This document shows positions 42,439-45,201 of a stretch of DNA of 45,201 bases, piece by piece. Every line of letters begins with the position of its first letter. Within the stretch, counting starts at the first letter, position 1. Position numbers and translations under genes: made by a program. This DNA is from Escherichia phage PC2: sequence record NC_073088; one strand, written 5' to 3'. The notes below the pieces were generated by a model. It worked only from the letters and a program-made list of their open reading frames with translations, ran no database searches and was not told where the DNA came from.

Positions 42439-43868
42439 TGGCGATTAAACCAAAACGTAAAACGCAATCCGGTAGCAATACGGAACACTCATTACTCGGA
42501 CCGTCCGGTGCTAAAAAATGGATGGGTTGCCCTGCCGCCCTGGTGGTGGAAAAAGATATCCCGAACGAATCCGGGCAAGCCGCGATTAACGGTACGAGTA
42601 TGCACACCGTATCTGAGGTGGTGCTAAACCGCATTATCGCCGGTGAGAAGCTGATAACCGCGAAGACGTATAAAGGGTGCTACGTCGAGAACGAAGGCAA
42701 GGGGCCAGTAAAGGCACACCCTAAAGCACCGAAAGGCGGCGTACTGGTCAACGACGACATGGTGAAACAGTGCGACGCGTACATCGACCACTGGCGACCG
42801 CTCCTCGAAGTGGCGGAGTTTGTCCAGCTTGAGATGCGCGCCGATCTGACCCGCGTCCTTCACTCAGGCTACGAGATCGACGGCAACAGGATTAAAACGT
42901 TCGGTACTGCCGATATGGTCATGGTCATGAAGAAGACTGACGGCACGTACATGCTTATTGTTGGCGACCTGAAGACCGGGCGGCATAAGGTCGAGGCGAA
43001 AGAAAACAAACAGCTTATGTTGTACGCGATCGGACTGCTGCGCAAGCTGCACACTATGTACGACATTACGACCGTTCGCCTGGTTATCTTCCAGCCGTAT
43101 TGCGGCGGGGCGTCGGAGTGGGATATTTCGGTAGAAGCGCTGGAGATATTCGCGAAGTTTGCATCCAAGCGCGCTATTGCCGCACTGGAGGCGTATTCCC
43201 GCGGCAAGAAGGGACTCACCCGCGCGGACTTCCGGCCCAGCGTCGATGCGTGCCAGTGGTGCCGATTTGCGGATCAGTGTAGTGCCCGCGCTAAGGCCGC
43301 AATCGACACGATGACCCCACCGACGGCAACCGACGAAGACCTGGGCGACGACGTGAGTATTGCGACAGAGGAAGAATGCGCCAACCATGCCCGCAATATG
43401 GCCCGCGAAGCGCGGAAGGCGGCACGACGAGCGAAGCGTGGTAAGAAAGAAGCAGCCCCCGGTGCTATGAGCGCTGCGGAACTGCGCAAGGCTTATGAAG
43501 GCCTGGACGCAATGCGCCAGCACATCAAGGCTATCGAGTCCGCGGTATTCAAGGCGGTCATGGCTGGCGATGGCGAATCGCTGGGCCTCAAGATGGTTGC
43601 CGGTAAGGAAGGGGTCCGTAAGTGGGCGGACGAGAGCGAAGTGATTGAAATATTCACGAAGGCCCGGATCAAGCGCGATGTGATGTACAAAGAAACATTG
43701 CTCAGTCCTACGGACGCCGAGAAGGTGCTGAAGGACGAGAAGCCGAAAGTGTGGGCTAAATTATGTGATAAAATCACGCGCGCACCGGCTAAACCGGTAT
43801 TAGCACCCATCGACGACCCGCGCCCTGCGTGGTCGGAGGCCACTGACGAGGACTTAAGCAATGAATAA
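42438..43868 (+). CDS. Cas4-like PD-(D/E)xK nuclease (DUF2800-like) with Fe-S cysteine cluster
   Basis: 476 aa; N-terminal Cys (WMGCPA), core GDLKTGRHKVEAKENKQLMLYA (QxxxY), C-terminal CQWCRFADQC. Confidence 0.7.
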   Translation: MAIKPKRKTQSGSNTEHSLLGPSGAKKWMGCPAALVVEKDIPNESGQAAINGTSMHTVSEVVLNRIIAGEKLITAKTYKGCYVENEGKGPVKAHPKAPKGGVLVNDDMVKQCDAYIDHWRPLLEVAEFVQLEMRADLTRVLHSGYEIDGNRIKTFGTADMVMVMKKTDGTYMLIVGDLKTGRHKVEAKENKQLMLYAIGLLRKLHTMYDITTVRLVIFQPYCGGASEWDISVEALEIFAKFASKRAIAALEAYSRGKKGLTRADFRPSVDACQWCRFADQCSARAKAAIDTMTPPTATDEDLGDDVSIATEEECANHARNMAREARKAARRAKRGKKEAAPGAMSAAELRKAYEGLDAMRQHIKAIESAVFKAVMAGDGESLGLKMVAGKEGVRKWADESEVIEIFTKARIKRDVMYKETLLSPTDAEKVLKDEKPKVWAKLCDKITRAPAKPVLAPIDDPRPAWSEATDEDLSNE

Positions 43869-44103
43869 AGTATTTGCGATCTTATTGATGTTTTTGCTCG
43901 GCGCGCTGGGCTTTATCCTGCATTGCGTGCAAGGCGTGTTAATGGTGGCTTGGATGATTCGCCATCCGACCCGCTGGCTGGACGACGGATATAGTGACGC
44001 TGCCGTCGACTGGGTGGTGAAGAACAACAACCGACCGCCGTTAAGCTGGATCGAGAACGCTACCAACTACGTGACCAGAAATCTTTTTAATGAAAATGCT
44101 TGA
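43861..44103 (+). CDS. Small membrane protein
   Basis: 80 aa; hydrophobic N-terminus VFAILLMFLLGALGFIL; overlaps the nuclease stop by 8 nt. Confidence 0.45.
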   Translation: MNKVFAILLMFLLGALGFILHCVQGVLMVAWMIRHPTRWLDDGYSDAAVDWVVKNNNRPPLSWIENATNYVTRNLFNENA

Positions 44104-44193
44104 CCGCTTAGGCGCAACCAAGTAGATCGGCAACCAAGCCGAACGGGGTGGCTCACAATAACCCCGATACATGTGAAAATGAGGAATTGGAAA

Positions 44194-44976
44194 ATGGCTA
44201 AAGTCAACCTGAAAAATGTGCGCGTATGTTTCCTGAAAATTTGGGAACGTGATACCCCTAAACAGGATGGACAAAAACCGGCATACCGTGCAGTGATTCT
44301 TCTTGATAAAGAAGATCCGCAGGTGGACAAAGTGGAAGCGGCAGCGCGCGCAGTGCTAACCGACAAGCTGAAATCCGAGAAGAACGCCGATAAGTGGATG
44401 GACCGCCACTACGCCCAGGATTCTAAGGAATGCGCTGTTCGTGACGGTGACGAGCGCGATGAAGTGACTGAAGAATTCGAAGGCATGTTGTACATCAACG
44501 CTAAATCGTTCAAACAGCCGAACATCCAAACGTCACTCGGCGAGAAGCAGACCGAACAGGGTCTGACCATCGACGGCGACGAGATTGAAGGCCAGGAGAT
44601 CTACTCCGGTTGTTATTGCAACGTGTCCCTGGATATTTGGGCGTGGAACAACACCAACGGCAAGGGACTCGGTGCTGGACTGCTGGGTTTACGCTTCCGT
44701 GATGACGGTGAAGCCTTCGGCGGTGGCGGATCTTCTTGCTCCGATGAAGACCTGGACAACGACGAAGACGAAGCACCGCGCAAGGCTAAGAAGTCAAAAC
44801 GTCGTGATGACGATGATGAAGATGATAAGCCGCGTAAGTCCAAAAAGTCCAAGCGCCGCGATGACTACGACGATGAGGAAGATGAAAAACCTCGCAAACG
44901 TCGCAAGTCCCGCGATGACGAAGATGAGGACGAAGACGACGAAGACGAAGCACCACGTAAACGTCGCCGCCGTTAA
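44194..44976 (+). CDS. Single-stranded DNA-binding protein-like (gp2.5 / DUF2815-like) with charged repeat tail
   Basis: 260 aa from ATG 44194 (RBS GAGGA); N-terminus MAKVNLKNVRV; C-terminal about 80 aa of alternating D/E-rich and PRKSKKSKRR repeats ending RKRRRR. Confidence 0.55.
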   Translation: MAKVNLKNVRVCFLKIWERDTPKQDGQKPAYRAVILLDKEDPQVDKVEAAARAVLTDKLKSEKNADKWMDRHYAQDSKECAVRDGDERDEVTEEFEGMLYINAKSFKQPNIQTSLGEKQTEQGLTIDGDEIEGQEIYSGCYCNVSLDIWAWNNTNGKGLGAGLLGLRFRDDGEAFGGGGSSCSDEDLDNDEDEAPRKAKKSKRRDDDDEDDKPRKSKKSKRRDDYDDEEDEKPRKRRKSRDDEDEDEDDEDEAPRKRRRR

Positions 44977-44994
44977 GGGCAAAGCCCACTATTC

Positions 44995-45019
44995 AAGCCC
45001 GCTTAGTGCGGGCTTTTTA
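44995..45019 (+). terminator. Intrinsic terminator after the SSB-like gene
   Basis: AAGCCCGC-TTAGT-GCGGGCTT followed by TTTAAT. Confidence 0.75.
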
Positions 45020-45034
45020 ATAGGACAATGAAAA

Positions 45035-45201
45035 ATGCGCATTAAAGCCAGCGAAGTAAAAGTCGGAATGCAGGTATGGTCTAAATTGCTGGGCGAGTAT
45101 TTCACCGTTGCCGAGATTCGCAACAGCGGCGAGGAGATAACCCTTTCCGACGGTATCTTCTCCATGATCGGCAGCGCTGACGCCGTAGTGAGGATTAAGC
45201 A
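45035..45201 (+). CDS. Hypothetical protein, 3'-truncated by the window edge
   Basis: RBS AGGA 8 nt upstream of ATG; frame stays open to the last base (MRIKASEVKVGMQVWSKLLGEYF...). Confidence 0.35.
   Translation, partial: MRIKASEVKVGMQVWSKLLGEYFTVAEIRNSGEEITLSDGIFSMIGSADAVVRIK

Noticed and set aside
1-45201. Integrated prophage with integrase and attachment sites
   Set aside because: No tyrosine or serine recombinase-like ORF and no flanking host genes; content is entirely phage-like.

Overview
This window looks like a 45.2-kb excerpt of a tailed dsDNA phage genome (siphovirus-like, lambda-type tail module); no integrase, rRNA or CRISPR array is present and no tRNA was recognised by eye. 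Genes run in two divergent arms from a ~400-bp control region at 41.04-41.44 kb. The plus arm (41.4 kb to window end, continuing at 1-8.4 kb) carries replication and DNA-modification genes: acidic repeat protein, Cas4-like nuclease, SSB-like protein, family-A DNA polymerase, VRR-NUC nuclease, SF2 helicase, C5-methyltransferase-like protein, Dam-like methyltransferase, HAD phosphatase and several unknowns. The minus arm (41.0 down to 8.5 kb) carries an HTH regulator, primase-helicase, small early genes, a lysis cassette, an HTH-metallophosphoesterase, terminase small and large subunits, portal, head morphogenesis protein, spanins, scaffold, major capsid, head-tail connectors, major tail protein, G/G-T chaperone with a -1 frameshift, tape measure, M-L-K-I-J tail tip and a tail fibre. 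Two plus-strand cassettes sit inside the minus structural arm (10.96-12.15 kb and 27.05-28.19 kb). The most unusual signal is a 166-bp element packed with GTCCCGC repeats and GC hairpins, present in two copies (21105-21270 and 38166-38331); copy A sits between the tail chaperone gene and the tape-measure gene, copy B just after the primase-helicase gene. All protein calls rest on motifs read from the ORF translations and on gene order; no database search was run, so family names are inferences. The window ends inside an ORF, so the genome continues beyond it.
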